A stretch of 64,000 nt of DNA from NCBI GenBank assembly GCA_049510745.1, contig JBEKYR010000004.1, positions 166,429 to 230,428 on the forward strand. The letters run 5' to 3'. Positions 1 through 10,683 of this stretch are shown here, piece after piece. Every line of letters begins with the position of its first letter. Position 1 is the stretch's first letter. Origin of the DNA: Verrucomicrobiota bacterium. Its GTDB lineage: Bacteria > Verrucomicrobiota > Verrucomicrobiia > Limisphaerales > Palsa-1400. The position numbers and the translations under genes are program-made. The notes beneath the pieces were generated by a model that saw nothing but the letters and a program-made list of their open reading frames with translations, did no database searches and was not told where the DNA came from.

Positions 1-1917
1 GGCGACGGAGATTTGGGGCTGCCACCCGACATTTGGAACTTGCCGGCGTTACCGGTGGCCGCCGGGCCTTATCCCGCCGACTGGAAGGGGTTGAGCCGGC
101 TTTACACCGTGCCGGAGTGGTGGCGCGATGCCAAGTTCGGCGCGTGGGCGCACTGGGACCCGCAGTCCATGCCCGAAGACGGCGACTGGTATGCGCGCGG
201 CATGTATATTGAGGGCAATGCGCAATATAATTACCACCGCACCCACTTCGGCCATCCGTCGGAATATGGTTACAAGGACATTTGCAATAACTGGGTGATT
301 GACCAGTGGAAACCCGATGAGTTGATGGATTTGTATGTCGAAATGGGAGCGCGGTATTTCATGGCCATGGGCGTTCATCATGACAACTTTGATTGCTGGG
401 ATTCGGCCTATCAGCCCTGGAACTCCGTCCGCGTCGGCCCCAAGGTGGACATCGTGGGCACGTGGGAAAAAGTCGCGCGCCAGCACGGTCTGCGGTTCGG
501 CATCGGTTTTCACAACACTCCGGGGCGAACCTGGGGCCAGTTTATGCCGGTGCGCTACACCCACGACAAGGAGGGGCCGAAACAGGGCGTGCCCTACGAT
601 GCGCTGCAAACGATTCTGGACGGAAAAGGGAAATGGTGGGAAGGCATGGATCCGGTGGACCTTTACGGGCCGGTTCACACCGACAAGGATCCGTTGCATT
701 CGCCCTTTGCCAACCAATTCATGTGGCGGGTGGATGACGCCATCACCAAGTATCACCCGGATGTGATTTACTTCGACGAGCACGCGGGCGATTCGCAAGT
801 GGATTTGGGCGTCCACATGGGACTGGGTTTTCTCGCTCCGCCCCTGGCCGCTAACTACTACAATAAGTCCCTGAAGTGGAACCAAGGGAAAATGGATGTC
901 GTGATAAATCTTAAGGGCGTGGGCGGACGTTACAACAGTTTCCAAAACAGCCCTGATCTGCTTCCTTACGTTGACCGGTCCCTGGTCAAAAGCACCGAGG
1001 CCATCATCGAATCGCAGATCATGGCGTATCCATTCCAGACCGAAACGAGCATCGCCGACTGGCACTATCGAACCGGGCAGAGATACATGGATGCCAGAAG
1101 CGTAATCCGGTCGCTGATGCAAAACGTCTCTCGCAACGGCACAATGTTGCTCAACCTCACCCAGCACGGCCGGGGCGATCTGGATCCGCAGTTGATCCGC
1201 ATTTGCAAAGACGTGGGCGCCTGGTTGAAAATCAACGGCGAAGCGGTTTACGGATCCCGGCCGTTTGAAGTCTTCGGCGAAAACTCGGTTTGTTATACTC
1301 GCAACAACGGCAAGGTATACGCCACGCTCCTGGACTGGAAAGGTGATCCGATCACCCTCAAGGCTCTGTGCGCCGGCGGGGCGACCCTGGGCAAAGTGTC
1401 CAAAGTCGAACTGCTCGGCTCCGATCTCGCGCTGACGTTCGTTCAAGACGACCAGGGGTTGAAGGTGACACCTGCCGGACCGGCGGAGCCATTGGCTGGA
1501 ATCACTAACCAGCAACTGGCATCGGGGTGCCGGGTCCTGCGCATCACCCATGACAAGGGCTGGTTCAATGACGACGACCCGGGTGCCGTAGCCGCCGGAT
1601 GGGTTCGCCGCTGCAACTTGGGCACCGGCGACTTCAACAACGACCTGACCCTCAGCGACACACCGGGGGATGTTTGGAGTTGTTCGTTTACGGGCAGCAG
1701 TCTCAAGGTCATCGCTCCAAGAGAGGCAGGAGCCGGAAAGATCGAAATTCAGATTGACGGCCAAAGCCGTGCGACGGCGGATCTGTCCACTCCCGGCACG
1801 CGCCAGGCCCAGCAGGTTGTGTGCGAAGTGACCGGTCTGACTGCGGGCAAACATGCCATTAGCATTGTCAACCGGGGTCCCGGACCGGTGGCGGTCGATG
1901 CACTAATCGTCCGGTAA
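1..1917 (+). CDS. Alpha-L-fucosidase (GH29) with C-terminal beta-sandwich; 5' end lies outside the window
   Basis: Frame open from base 1; motifs PEWWRDAKFGAWAHW, HHDNFDCWDS, PDVIYFD (nucleophile Asp), NVSRNGTMLLN, WLKINGEAVYGSRP. Confidence 0.9.
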   Translation, partial: GDGDLGLPPDIWNLPALPVAAGPYPADWKGLSRLYTVPEWWRDAKFGAWAHWDPQSMPEDGDWYARGMYIEGNAQYNYHRTHFGHPSEYGYKDICNNWVIDQWKPDELMDLYVEMGARYFMAMGVHHDNFDCWDSAYQPWNSVRVGPKVDIVGTWEKVARQHGLRFGIGFHNTPGRTWGQFMPVRYTHDKEGPKQGVPYDALQTILDGKGKWWEGMDPVDLYGPVHTDKDPLHSPFANQFMWRVDDAITKYHPDVIYFDEHAGDSQVDLGVHMGLGFLAPPLAANYYNKSLKWNQGKMDVVINLKGVGGRYNSFQNSPDLLPYVDRSLVKSTEAIIESQIMAYPFQTETSIADWHYRTGQRYMDARSVIRSLMQNVSRNGTMLLNLTQHGRGDLDPQLIRICKDVGAWLKINGEAVYGSRPFEVFGENSVCYTRNNGKVYATLLDWKGDPITLKALCAGGATLGKVSKVELLGSDLALTFVQDDQGLKVTPAGPAEPLAGITNQQLASGCRVLRITHDKGWFNDDDPGAVAAGWVRRCNLGTGDFNNDLTLSDTPGDVWSCSFTGSSLKVIAPREAGAGKIEIQIDGQSRATADLSTPGTRQAQQVVCEVTGLTAGKHAISIVNRGPGPVAVDALIVR

Positions 1918-1939
1918 GCGGCACGGGACGTGGCCTCTG

Positions 1940-2032
1940 TTGTACGAGCGCCGGCTTGGCAAATACGAACGCCACCGCCTTCAGGCGTTGAGCGACTTGA
2001 TGAACGGCCGCAAAGAAAAGAAAGACAGTTAA
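1940..2032 (+). pseudogene. 3' remnant of an ArsR-family regulator gene
   Basis: Translates LYERRLGKYERHRLQALSDLMNGRKEKKDS*, resembling the C-terminal helix of ArsR proteins that precede SRPBCC genes; no HTH and no start codon. Confidence 0.5.
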
Positions 2033-2036
2033 CAGC

Positions 2037-4628
2037 ATGAAAAAGGTCGGATTCGTTTATTTGACATACATTCGCACGACCCCGGAAAAGCTGTGGAAGG
2101 CGCTGACTGCAAGATTCTGCACTGCAGCCACCGGTTGCCTGATCGCCGTGCAAGCCTTCACTGCGTCTTCCGCCGCGCCTGCGGAGCTGAAGCGCGATAC
2201 CAACTTCGATCGCGACTGGCGCTTCCTAAAAGGTGATGCACTCGGCGCAGAAAACGCCGCCTTCAATGACTCCGCCTGGCGAACCCTCGACCTGCCCCAT
2301 GACTGGAGCCTTGAAGACCTGCAACCAGCAGCCGGGAATGGGTCCCCGGTTGCGCGTTCGGTCCTGCCGGAACCGACGAACTCCCCCGCAACTGGCGGCG
2401 GTCACGGTCGCGGTCGCGTTAATTTTGAAGTGGTCGGGCCGTTCTCACCGGAAAGCCCCGGCGGCACGGCCACGGGCTACACGCTCGGCGGCACCGGCTG
2501 GTACCGCAAGCACTTCGTGCTCGACAATCAGACTCTCGGAAAGCGAGTCAACATCGAGTTCGACGGCGTCTATATGAATTCCGACGCGTGGCTCAATGGC
2601 CACCCTCTCGGCAACCATCCTTACGGCTACACCGCCTTCGCTTACGACCTCACGGAGTTCCTGAATCCGCCCGGACAGGAGAATGTGCTCGCCGTGCGCG
2701 TGCGCAATCTGGGCAGGAACAGCCGCTGGTACTCCGGTTCGGGCATTTACCGGCATGTCGTTCTCCGGGTGACCGACCCGCTGCGCGTCGGCCAATGGGG
2801 CCTCAGCGTGACGACGCCCCAGGTCTCGAAGGAACGGGCGACAGTGAACGTGGTGACGATCGTGGAGAACGGGCGGAACGCCGAAATGGACATCCCCTTG
2901 CGTATAAAACTGCGCGGTCCAACCGGGCGGACCTTGCAATCTGGCGAAACCAACGTCCATTTGGCCGCTGGCGGCCATGCGGAAGTCCCACTGGGCTTCG
3001 AGGTCAAGTCGCCCCCGCTCTGGTCTCCCGATACTCCGGTCCTCTGCCAGGCCGAGGTGGAGCTTCTGGCCGGCGGCCAAGCGGTGGACGCGACCACAGC
3101 GGCCTTCGGCATCCGGGAGATCAAATTCTCCTTGGAGAACGGCTTCACGCTCAACGGCGCGCCGGAAAAACTGCGCGGCGGCTGTATGCATCATGATAAC
3201 GGGCCGCTCGGCTCTGCGGCGATTGACCGCGCCGAAGAACGCCGGGTCGAGCTGATGAAAGCGAGCGGTTACAACGCCATCCGCACAAGCCATAATCCGC
3301 CTTCATCGGCTTTTCTGGACGCCTGCGACCGGCTGGGCGTCCTGGTCCTGGACGAGGCCTTTGACTGCTGGGAGAAGGGCAAGAATCCCGAGGACTACGG
3401 CAAGTATTTCGATGATTGGTGGCAGCGCGACTTGGATGCGATGATCCTGCGCGACCGCAATCACCCGTGCGTCATCCTGTGGAGCATCGGCAACGAAATC
3501 CCCCAGCGCGCCGAAGAGCGCGGCTATGTGATCGCCAAGCAGTTGAGCGATGAGATCCGCCGCCTGGACCCCACTCGCCCCGTCACCGAAGCCATCTGCG
3601 ACTTCTGGGATCAGCCCGGCCGCCCCTGGTCGGACACCGAAAAAGCGTTTACCTTCCTCGACGTCGGCGGCTACAACTACCAATTCGGGCAATACGAGGG
3701 GGACCACCAGAAATTCCCCAACCGCATCATTGTCGGCACCGAGTCGTATCCCAGCTCCATTGCGGCTCTCTGGCGCGTCGTGGAAACGAACTCGTACGTG
3801 CTCGGCGACTTCGTCTGGACCGGCATGGATTACCTCGGTGAGGCCGGCTGCGGCAACGCGCGCCTCGACAACCAGCGCGGGACTTCCTGGCCGTGGTTCA
3901 ACGCCTTTTGTGGCGATTTGGACCTGTGCGGTTTCAAGAAAGCGCCGTCCTACTACCGCGACGTGGTTTGGGGCCGCAGCGAATTGGAGGTGTTCGTCCA
4001 TCGCCCGATCCCGCAAGGCCGCCGCGAGGTCGTCAGCGGCTGGGGTTGGCCCGATGAACTCCCAAGCTGGACCTGGCCCGACTGTGAAGGCAAACCGATG
4101 CAGGTTGCCGTCTATTCACGGTGCGACACAGTGCGGCTGGAACTCAACGGCAAGGAAATCGCCACTCAGCAAATCAACAACGGCGGCAGATTGACCGCGC
4201 GCTTCGAGGTCCCCTACGCGGCCGGCAAACTCAAGGCCGTCGGCCTCAAGAACGGAAAGACCGTCGCCACCCAGACTCTGCGCACCCTCGGCCCTGCGAA
4301 GAAGGTCCGGCTCAATGTTGACCGCGCTGCCATTCGCGCGGACCGCAACGACCTGGCCTATGTGACGGTGGAAATCACCGATGCTTCCGGTAACATTCTG
4401 CCGGACGCTTCGAACCTGGTGCGCTTCACGCTAAACGGTCCAGGCGAACTGGCCGGCGTCGGCAGCGGCGCCCCCAATGTGCCAGAGAGTTTCCGCCAGC
4501 CCCAGCACACCGCCTACCACGGACGCTGCCTGGCAATTCTGCGTCCGCTGGGTCCGACCGGCAAACTGGCCCTCCGTGCCGAGGCCGACGGCCTTTCGGC
4601 CGCGGAAGTCACGGTTCGTGTCAAGTAG
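2037..4628 (+). CDS. GH2 beta-galactosidase-like glycoside hydrolase
   Basis: LDLPHDWS, GWYRKHF, FDGVYMN, SRWYSGSGIYR, NAIRTSHNPP, WSIGNE (acid/base), GDFVWTGMDYLGE. Confidence 0.92.
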   Translation: MKKVGFVYLTYIRTTPEKLWKALTARFCTAATGCLIAVQAFTASSAAPAELKRDTNFDRDWRFLKGDALGAENAAFNDSAWRTLDLPHDWSLEDLQPAAGNGSPVARSVLPEPTNSPATGGGHGRGRVNFEVVGPFSPESPGGTATGYTLGGTGWYRKHFVLDNQTLGKRVNIEFDGVYMNSDAWLNGHPLGNHPYGYTAFAYDLTEFLNPPGQENVLAVRVRNLGRNSRWYSGSGIYRHVVLRVTDPLRVGQWGLSVTTPQVSKERATVNVVTIVENGRNAEMDIPLRIKLRGPTGRTLQSGETNVHLAAGGHAEVPLGFEVKSPPLWSPDTPVLCQAEVELLAGGQAVDATTAAFGIREIKFSLENGFTLNGAPEKLRGGCMHHDNGPLGSAAIDRAEERRVELMKASGYNAIRTSHNPPSSAFLDACDRLGVLVLDEAFDCWEKGKNPEDYGKYFDDWWQRDLDAMILRDRNHPCVILWSIGNEIPQRAEERGYVIAKQLSDEIRRLDPTRPVTEAICDFWDQPGRPWSDTEKAFTFLDVGGYNYQFGQYEGDHQKFPNRIIVGTESYPSSIAALWRVVETNSYVLGDFVWTGMDYLGEAGCGNARLDNQRGTSWPWFNAFCGDLDLCGFKKAPSYYRDVVWGRSELEVFVHRPIPQGRREVVSGWGWPDELPSWTWPDCEGKPMQVAVYSRCDTVRLELNGKEIATQQINNGGRLTARFEVPYAAGKLKAVGLKNGKTVATQTLRTLGPAKKVRLNVDRAAIRADRNDLAYVTVEITDASGNILPDASNLVRFTLNGPGELAGVGSGAPNVPESFRQPQHTAYHGRCLAILRPLGPTGKLALRAEADGLSAAEVTVRVK

Positions 4629-4683
4629 CCCACGGCCCCTGCGTCTCAAATCGTTTTACGCAAAATTATCCTTTGGACAGCAA

Positions 4684-6330
4684 GTGAAATCTGCCATCGC
4701 CATCGGGCTGACTGCGTGCTGGCTGGCGGCAACGGCACTGGCGGCCACTGAACCCGCGGTCATTCCGAAGCCGCAAAAGATGGAGCGCACGGAAGGCGAG
4801 TTCAAGTTGGCGCCTGATTTGGTCATTGCGACCGACGCGGCTTCCAAAGACACCGCCAAATTCTTGGCGGAACGGCTGCGGCCGGCCACGGGTTATTCCA
4901 TCAAGACCAAGGTGCGGAAGGGGCCAAACCAAACGTTCCGCGGCAGTGTGATTTTTCTGACTGCCGAGAATGCCAAAGCCGGCCTGGGCGCGGAAGGCTA
5001 CGAATTAACTGTCGTGCCCGGCGTCATCACCCTTCAGGCACCGACGCAGGCGGGTTTGTTCTACGGCGCGCAAACGTTGCTGCAACTGCTGCCGCCGGAA
5101 ATTTTTTCCGCCAAGGTTGTGAAGAACTTCGACTGGGAAATTCCCTGCGTAAAAATCACCGACGCGCCGCGCTTTCCCTGGCGCGGGCTGATGCTCGACG
5201 TGAGCCGCCATTTTTACACCAAACAGGAAGCGGAAAAAATGATGGACGTGATGGCACTGCACAAACTGAACACCTTCCATTGGCATTTGGTGGACGACCA
5301 GGGCTGGCGTATCGAAATCAAAAAATATCCCAAGCTCACGAGCGTCGGCGCGTGGCGCGCAGGCGTGGGGTTTGGTTTGCCAACCAACTCAACGACGGCC
5401 TGCCGCAAGGACGGCCGCTACGGCGGATTTTATACGCAGAAAGACATCCGCGAGGTGGTGGCCTGCGCGCAGAAGCTGCACATCACCATCGTGCCCGAAA
5501 TCGAAATGCCGGGCCACTCGCTCGCGGCGCTCTCGGCCTATCCGGAACTCGGCGCCGGGCCGGGACCGTTCCAGATTCCGCTCAAAGGCGGCGTCTTTCG
5601 CGGAATCTATTCTCCGGCCAAACCGGAGACGTTCGAGTTTTTGCAGAACGTGCTGACGGAAGTGTTTGAGCTTTTTCCCGGAAAATACATCCACATCGGC
5701 GGTGACGAGGTGCCAAAGGGGTCGTGGACCAACGACCCCGCCTGCCTGGCGCTGATGGAACGCGAGGGGCTGAAAAGCAAGGAGGAATTGCAGAGCTGGT
5801 TCACGCGGCGCATGGAAACATTCATCAACGCGCACGGCAAAACCCTCATCGGCTGGAGCGAAATTCTCCAGGGCGGCCTGGCGCAAAACGCGGTGGTGAT
5901 GGACTGGATTGGCGGCGGCCGCGAAGCCGCCAGCGCAGGCCATGACGTGGTGATGTCGCCGACTGCGAATTGTTATTTTGATGGATACCAGGCTCGTGAC
6001 CGCAAGACCGAGCCGCGCGCCAGCGGCGGATTCATGCCGTTGCGCAAAGTCTATGCTTTTGAGCCGGTGCCCCCGGGCCTTGCGCCGGAATTTGCCAGAC
6101 ACATTCTCGGCGGCCAGGGCAACCTCTGGACGGAAGTTGTTCCAAACTTGAAACACGCCGAATACATGATTTTCCCGCGGGTGTTCGCGATTGCGGAAGC
6201 GACCTGGTCCCCCAAAGAGGCGCGCGACTACGACGATTTTCTGCACCGCCTGAAAGCCGACGAGCATCGCCTGGATCAACTGGGCGTGAACTATCGCAGC
6301 TCGGCGCTCGGCGACGGCTCCGGTTCTTGA
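4684..6330 (+). CDS. Beta-N-acetylhexosaminidase (GH20)
   Basis: GTG start followed by a signal peptide; DAPRFPWRGLMLDVSRHF, HWHLVDDQGWR, PEIEMPGH, IHIGGDE catalytic pair, LWTE. Confidence 0.92.
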   Translation: MKSAIAIGLTACWLAATALAATEPAVIPKPQKMERTEGEFKLAPDLVIATDAASKDTAKFLAERLRPATGYSIKTKVRKGPNQTFRGSVIFLTAENAKAGLGAEGYELTVVPGVITLQAPTQAGLFYGAQTLLQLLPPEIFSAKVVKNFDWEIPCVKITDAPRFPWRGLMLDVSRHFYTKQEAEKMMDVMALHKLNTFHWHLVDDQGWRIEIKKYPKLTSVGAWRAGVGFGLPTNSTTACRKDGRYGGFYTQKDIREVVACAQKLHITIVPEIEMPGHSLAALSAYPELGAGPGPFQIPLKGGVFRGIYSPAKPETFEFLQNVLTEVFELFPGKYIHIGGDEVPKGSWTNDPACLALMEREGLKSKEELQSWFTRRMETFINAHGKTLIGWSEILQGGLAQNAVVMDWIGGGREAASAGHDVVMSPTANCYFDGYQARDRKTEPRASGGFMPLRKVYAFEPVPPGLAPEFARHILGGQGNLWTEVVPNLKHAEYMIFPRVFAIAEATWSPKEARDYDDFLHRLKADEHRLDQLGVNYRSSALGDGSGS

Positions 6331-6412
6331 AACCAAACCGAGGATGGCGGCATGGCAACGACCTGACAGATGTCATATACAGAATCACCCGCCTTCGGGC
6401 TACTTGAACAGC

Positions 6413-7825
6413 ATGAAAAAGTCTGGAATTCAGAAACTCGCGTTGGGAACCGCCGCGGCCGCCGCAACGGCTCTAGGGACGATCTGCTATGCGGATAATC
6501 CAATCATACAAACGAAGTTTACCGCCGATCCGGCTCCGCTGGTCTATAAGGACACGGTTTACCTTTACACCAGCCATGACGAGGACGATGCCAAAGGTTT
6601 TAAGATGTTGAATTGGCTGCTCTATACTTCAACAGACATGGTCAACTGGACGGATCATGGAATCATAGGGGGTGTGGCGGCCCCCTATAGGACATTCAGC
6701 TGGGCGGACGGCTATAATGCATGGGCTCCTCAGTGCATCGACCGAAACGGCAAGTTTTATTTGTATTGCCCCTTTCCTTACAAGGGGCAGATGGTCATCG
6801 GCGTGGCGGTGTCGGAGAGTCCCTTCGGGCCGTTTACTGATCCTCTGGGAAAACCTTTGGTCGTGGGCAGCTACGACCCTACCGTCTTCATCGACGATGA
6901 CGGGCAGGCCTATCTCTGTTGGGGGGGGAATGGTCCTTGTTATTATGTGAAGTTAAATGAAGACATGATCTCTGTTTCGGGCAGCATCAACGTGGCCTCC
7001 ATCGACTTCACCGGAACTCCACCCGAGGCGTCTTACACGGAAGGCCCGTGGTTGTGGAAGAACAACAGCCATTACTACCTGGCCTGGGCGTCCCGCTGCT
7101 GTCCCGAAGGCATCGGGTATGGAATGAGCGACAGTCCTACGGGGCCGTGGAAGTGCAAGGGAACGATCATGGATCCGAACCCCAAGTCCTCCGGGAACCA
7201 TCCGGGAATAATTGATTACAAGGGGAAGTCATACGTTTTCGGCTTCAATTACGCGGTGAATTTCGCGCTGACCAACGTCCATCGTGAAAGGCGTTCGATC
7301 TGCGTGGAAGAAATGACCTATAACGCCGACGGGACCATTCCGAAGGTTCCGTGGTGGAGCAAGGAGGGGGCGCCTCAGATCGGCACGTTGAATCCGTATG
7401 TCCGGACCGAAGCGGAAACCATTTGCTGGTCATCAGGCGTCAAGACGGAACCCTGCAGCGAGGGCGGAATGGATGTGTGCCATATTGAAAACGGGGACTA
7501 CATAAAGGTCAAGGGCGTGGATTTTGGTTCCGGCGCAAAATCCTTCGAAGCCCGAGTGGCCTCGGCAACCAAGGGCGGGAAGATTGAGCTCCGCCTGGAC
7601 AGCCTAACCGGGACGGTGGTGGGGACTTGCCAAGTTCCAGGCACCGGCGGCTGGCAGACTTGGGTGACCAAGTCCTGCAAAGTCCGCCATGCCGCCGGGG
7701 TGCATGACTTGTATTTGAACTTCACCGGCGAGAGCGGCAGCCTGTTTGCGTTCAACTGGTGGAAGTTCGAATCCGGCTCTGGCGAGGCCCGGAAGCAGGC
7801 GGGTGATGTTCTGGACACTTTCTAG
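6413..7825 (+). CDS. GH43 xylosidase/arabinofuranosidase with C-terminal CBM6
   Basis: Signal peptide; TADPAP, AWAP, YDPTVFIDDDG, YTEGPW, NHPGI; CBM6-type EAE...TGGWQTW...FNWWKF. Confidence 0.9.
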   Translation: MKKSGIQKLALGTAAAAATALGTICYADNPIIQTKFTADPAPLVYKDTVYLYTSHDEDDAKGFKMLNWLLYTSTDMVNWTDHGIIGGVAAPYRTFSWADGYNAWAPQCIDRNGKFYLYCPFPYKGQMVIGVAVSESPFGPFTDPLGKPLVVGSYDPTVFIDDDGQAYLCWGGNGPCYYVKLNEDMISVSGSINVASIDFTGTPPEASYTEGPWLWKNNSHYYLAWASRCCPEGIGYGMSDSPTGPWKCKGTIMDPNPKSSGNHPGIIDYKGKSYVFGFNYAVNFALTNVHRERRSICVEEMTYNADGTIPKVPWWSKEGAPQIGTLNPYVRTEAETICWSSGVKTEPCSEGGMDVCHIENGDYIKVKGVDFGSGAKSFEARVASATKGGKIELRLDSLTGTVVGTCQVPGTGGWQTWVTKSCKVRHAAGVHDLYLNFTGESGSLFAFNWWKFESGSGEARKQAGDVLDTF

Positions 7826-7852
7826 CCGCCACCTGCCATCGCAGCCTGCCCA

Positions 7853-9454
7853 ATGCTCTTCCACACCTGGCCCTTCCTGGTCTTCCTGATGGTGGTGCTG
7901 CCGGGCTTCTTTGCCCTGCGAAACACCAGGTTGTGGCTGCCGTGGCTGACGCTCGCCTCCTATTTCTTTTACGGCTGGTGGAATCCCTATTACCTGCTCC
8001 TGGTCTTGTATTCCACCCTGCTGGACTTCGGTTTGGTGGCGCTCATGGACCATTGCCCGCCCCAAGGAGGCGGGGTGGACGTCAAAGCGCGCTTGATGCG
8101 ATTGGACTTTGGCGACCGGGTGCTGAAATTTGCCTTTCTGGGATCCATCTTCGCCGCCCTGGCAATCCTCGTCCTGGCAGGAGTGGGGGTCAGGACGCTT
8201 CGCCCCGCGATGGCGGGCTTGGGCGTGCTCGTCCTCCTGATGGGCCTGGGGGCGCTCTATGGCAGTCGCAAAATCTGGCTGCTCATCAGTCTCGTCAATA
8301 ATTTGGCCTTGCTGCTCTTTTTTAAATATGCCCGGTTCGTCATTCAGAACCTCAACGCGGCGTTTTCCTGGGTCCACCTTCCCTTGAAACTGGCTGATCC
8401 TTCGACCCTCATGCCTCTGGGCTTCGAGTATCTGTTGCCCGTAGGCATCTCGTTCTTCACCTTCCAATCCCTGAGTTACACGATTGATTTCTACTTCGGC
8501 AAAGTCCCTCGAGAGCGCAACCTGCTGCGATTTGCCACATTCGTCTGCTTCTTCCCGCAATTGATGGCCGGGCCCATCGAGCGCGCGCGTCATCTCCTGC
8601 CTCAATTCAACCAGTTCCCGCCCATTCGAATGCGGAACTTCACCGATGGCGCCTCCTTGTTCCTGGCGGGTTTGTTCAAGAAGCTGGCGCTGGCCAACTA
8701 TTTCTCTTTCTACGTCGAGCGGGTCTATCAAGACCCTGGAGCCTCCGGCGCCCCGGCCTTGTTCTTGGCTACGGTTGTCTTTGGCTGGCAGATCTTTTTT
8801 GATTTCAGCGGCTACACCGACATGGCGCGAGGCGTGGCCAAGGTCATGGGGTTCAACCTGATCCTCAATTTCAACAATCCCTATCTGGCGACGGGCCTGG
8901 GTGATTTCTGGTCACGCTGGCACATCAGTCTGTCAAGCTGGTTCCGAGACTACGTGTACATTCCCCTCGGCGGCAACCGGAGCGGCACCCTGCTGACGTA
9001 CCGGAACTTGTTCCTCACGTTCTTCATCTCCGGCATCTGGCATGGCGCCAATTGGACGTTTATGATCTGGGGCGCCCTTCATGGCTTGGGAGTCCTGATC
9101 ACCCGTGAGTTGGAACGCTCGACGCTCTATCGCGAACGGGTGCCTAAGCTGCTCAAGCAGTTTGGGGTGTTTCTATTCGTGTCCTTTACCTGGATTTTCT
9201 TTCGGGCGGATTCGCTCAATGATGCGTGTCTGATAGTCCGGCGCATTTTCAATTCGGCCTGGCAGGACCCTCGGATTCCTCTCCTCATGCTGGTCTTGAT
9301 AACCGTGATCTGGCTCTACCAGTTCTTATACGAATCGAGGTTCAGGGAGCTATTGGCCGCTTCATTCGTCCGTGTGGGTCTGGCGGCCGCCATGCTCATT
9401 TACCTTTGCATCTGCTCCTCCGGCGGCGGCGCTTTCATCTACTTCCAATTCTGA
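7853..9454 (+). CDS. MBOAT family O-acyltransferase (AlgI/DltB-like)
   Basis: LPVGISFFTFQ, FFPQLMAGPIER, DFSGYTDMA, FWSRWHISLS, SGIWHGA (catalytic His), terminal FIYFQF. Confidence 0.92.
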   Translation: MLFHTWPFLVFLMVVLPGFFALRNTRLWLPWLTLASYFFYGWWNPYYLLLVLYSTLLDFGLVALMDHCPPQGGGVDVKARLMRLDFGDRVLKFAFLGSIFAALAILVLAGVGVRTLRPAMAGLGVLVLLMGLGALYGSRKIWLLISLVNNLALLLFFKYARFVIQNLNAAFSWVHLPLKLADPSTLMPLGFEYLLPVGISFFTFQSLSYTIDFYFGKVPRERNLLRFATFVCFFPQLMAGPIERARHLLPQFNQFPPIRMRNFTDGASLFLAGLFKKLALANYFSFYVERVYQDPGASGAPALFLATVVFGWQIFFDFSGYTDMARGVAKVMGFNLILNFNNPYLATGLGDFWSRWHISLSSWFRDYVYIPLGGNRSGTLLTYRNLFLTFFISGIWHGANWTFMIWGALHGLGVLITRELERSTLYRERVPKLLKQFGVFLFVSFTWIFFRADSLNDACLIVRRIFNSAWQDPRIPLLMLVLITVIWLYQFLYESRFRELLAASFVRVGLAAAMLIYLCICSSGGGAFIYFQF

Positions 9455-9455
9455 C

Positions 9456-10646
9456 ATGGGCACTCTGAACTCAACCTCAGCTCCGCAGACGGCCTCCCCC
9501 GCTTCCGTCGCAAAAAACGAGGTCCCCTTTGGAGTCAACGAACTCCGGCTCGACGCCCGCCAATGGGCCGCTGCCTTGCTCATCGTGGCGACGGTGCTTT
9601 TGCTCACGCCTTGGGTTTGGGAACGTTTGCAACGGTTTGAAACTGGCCCGGACTACCGGCTGCCATATCAGCTCAGCAAGGACTATTGGCTCTACGGCTG
9701 TCGAGTGGGCCAGGTCGTCAACAAGAACAAAGTGCTTCTGCTGGGCGACTCGGTCGTCTGGGGCGAATACGTCGCCCCGGATGGCACTTTGGCTCATTTT
9801 CTCAATCAACAGGCCTGCGCGACCAACCGGTTTGTCAATCTCGGCATCAATGGCCTCTTCCCGCTGGCGCAGGAAGGCCTCATCAACTACTACGGCCGGT
9901 CACTGCGGCACGAAAAGATCCTCCTTCAACTCAATCTCCTTTGGCTCACCAGCCCCAAGGCCGACCTGAGCTCCGAAAAGGAAGCCCCCTTCAATCATTC
10001 CGGCCTCGTGCCCCAATTCACACCGCGCATCCCCTGCTACCACGCCGATGCCAACGAGCGGCTAGGCACCATCATCCAGCGGACCGTCCCTTTCCTGCAA
10101 TGGGTCGGACACATGCAGAACGCCTATTTTGACCAAAAGAGCATCCTGAGATGGACGCTGGAGGAGGACGGGGGCAGTCCGCCGCGTTATCCGAATGTCT
10201 ATCGGAATCCATTGGCTCAAATCTCACTTACCGTGCCGTCCGCTCCGGTGGACGATCCCCAGCGAGGACCGAACAGCCCGCGGCATAAGGCCTGGTCAGC
10301 GGAAGGGCAAGCTCCAACCCGATTCGAATGGGTGAACCTCGATGCCTCCCTGCAGTGGCACGCCTTCAAGCGGTTGGTCAAAGAACTGCGCACGCGGGGC
10401 AATTCTGTGTTCGTTGTGCTTGGCCCCTTTAATGAGCATCTGGTGGCCGAAGACAACAGGGCAACTTACCGCAAATTGCGGGGCGAGATTAGCGAGTGGC
10501 TGAAGCAGAACCGGATCCCCAACGCCATCCCGGAATCCCTGCCGAGCGAACTTTACGCCGATGCCAGCCATCCGCTGACACAGGGTTACCAAACGCTGGC
10601 CGAGCGCATTTATGCCGACCCGCAATTGCGGAGTTGGCTCAGATGA
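9456..10646 (+). CDS. Membrane-anchored SGNH-like protein (AlgJ/DltD-like MBOAT partner)
   Basis: ATG 1 nt after the MBOAT stop; N-terminal TM; LLGDS block I, NLGING, DASH (DxxH). Confidence 0.7.
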   Translation: MGTLNSTSAPQTASPASVAKNEVPFGVNELRLDARQWAAALLIVATVLLLTPWVWERLQRFETGPDYRLPYQLSKDYWLYGCRVGQVVNKNKVLLLGDSVVWGEYVAPDGTLAHFLNQQACATNRFVNLGINGLFPLAQEGLINYYGRSLRHEKILLQLNLLWLTSPKADLSSEKEAPFNHSGLVPQFTPRIPCYHADANERLGTIIQRTVPFLQWVGHMQNAYFDQKSILRWTLEEDGGSPPRYPNVYRNPLAQISLTVPSAPVDDPQRGPNSPRHKAWSAEGQAPTRFEWVNLDASLQWHAFKRLVKELRTRGNSVFVVLGPFNEHLVAEDNRATYRKLRGEISEWLKQNRIPNAIPESLPSELYADASHPLTQGYQTLAERIYADPQLRSWLR

Positions 10647-10683
10647 TGGTCCATGTTAAAAGCGTCGCCACGGAAACATCTTT

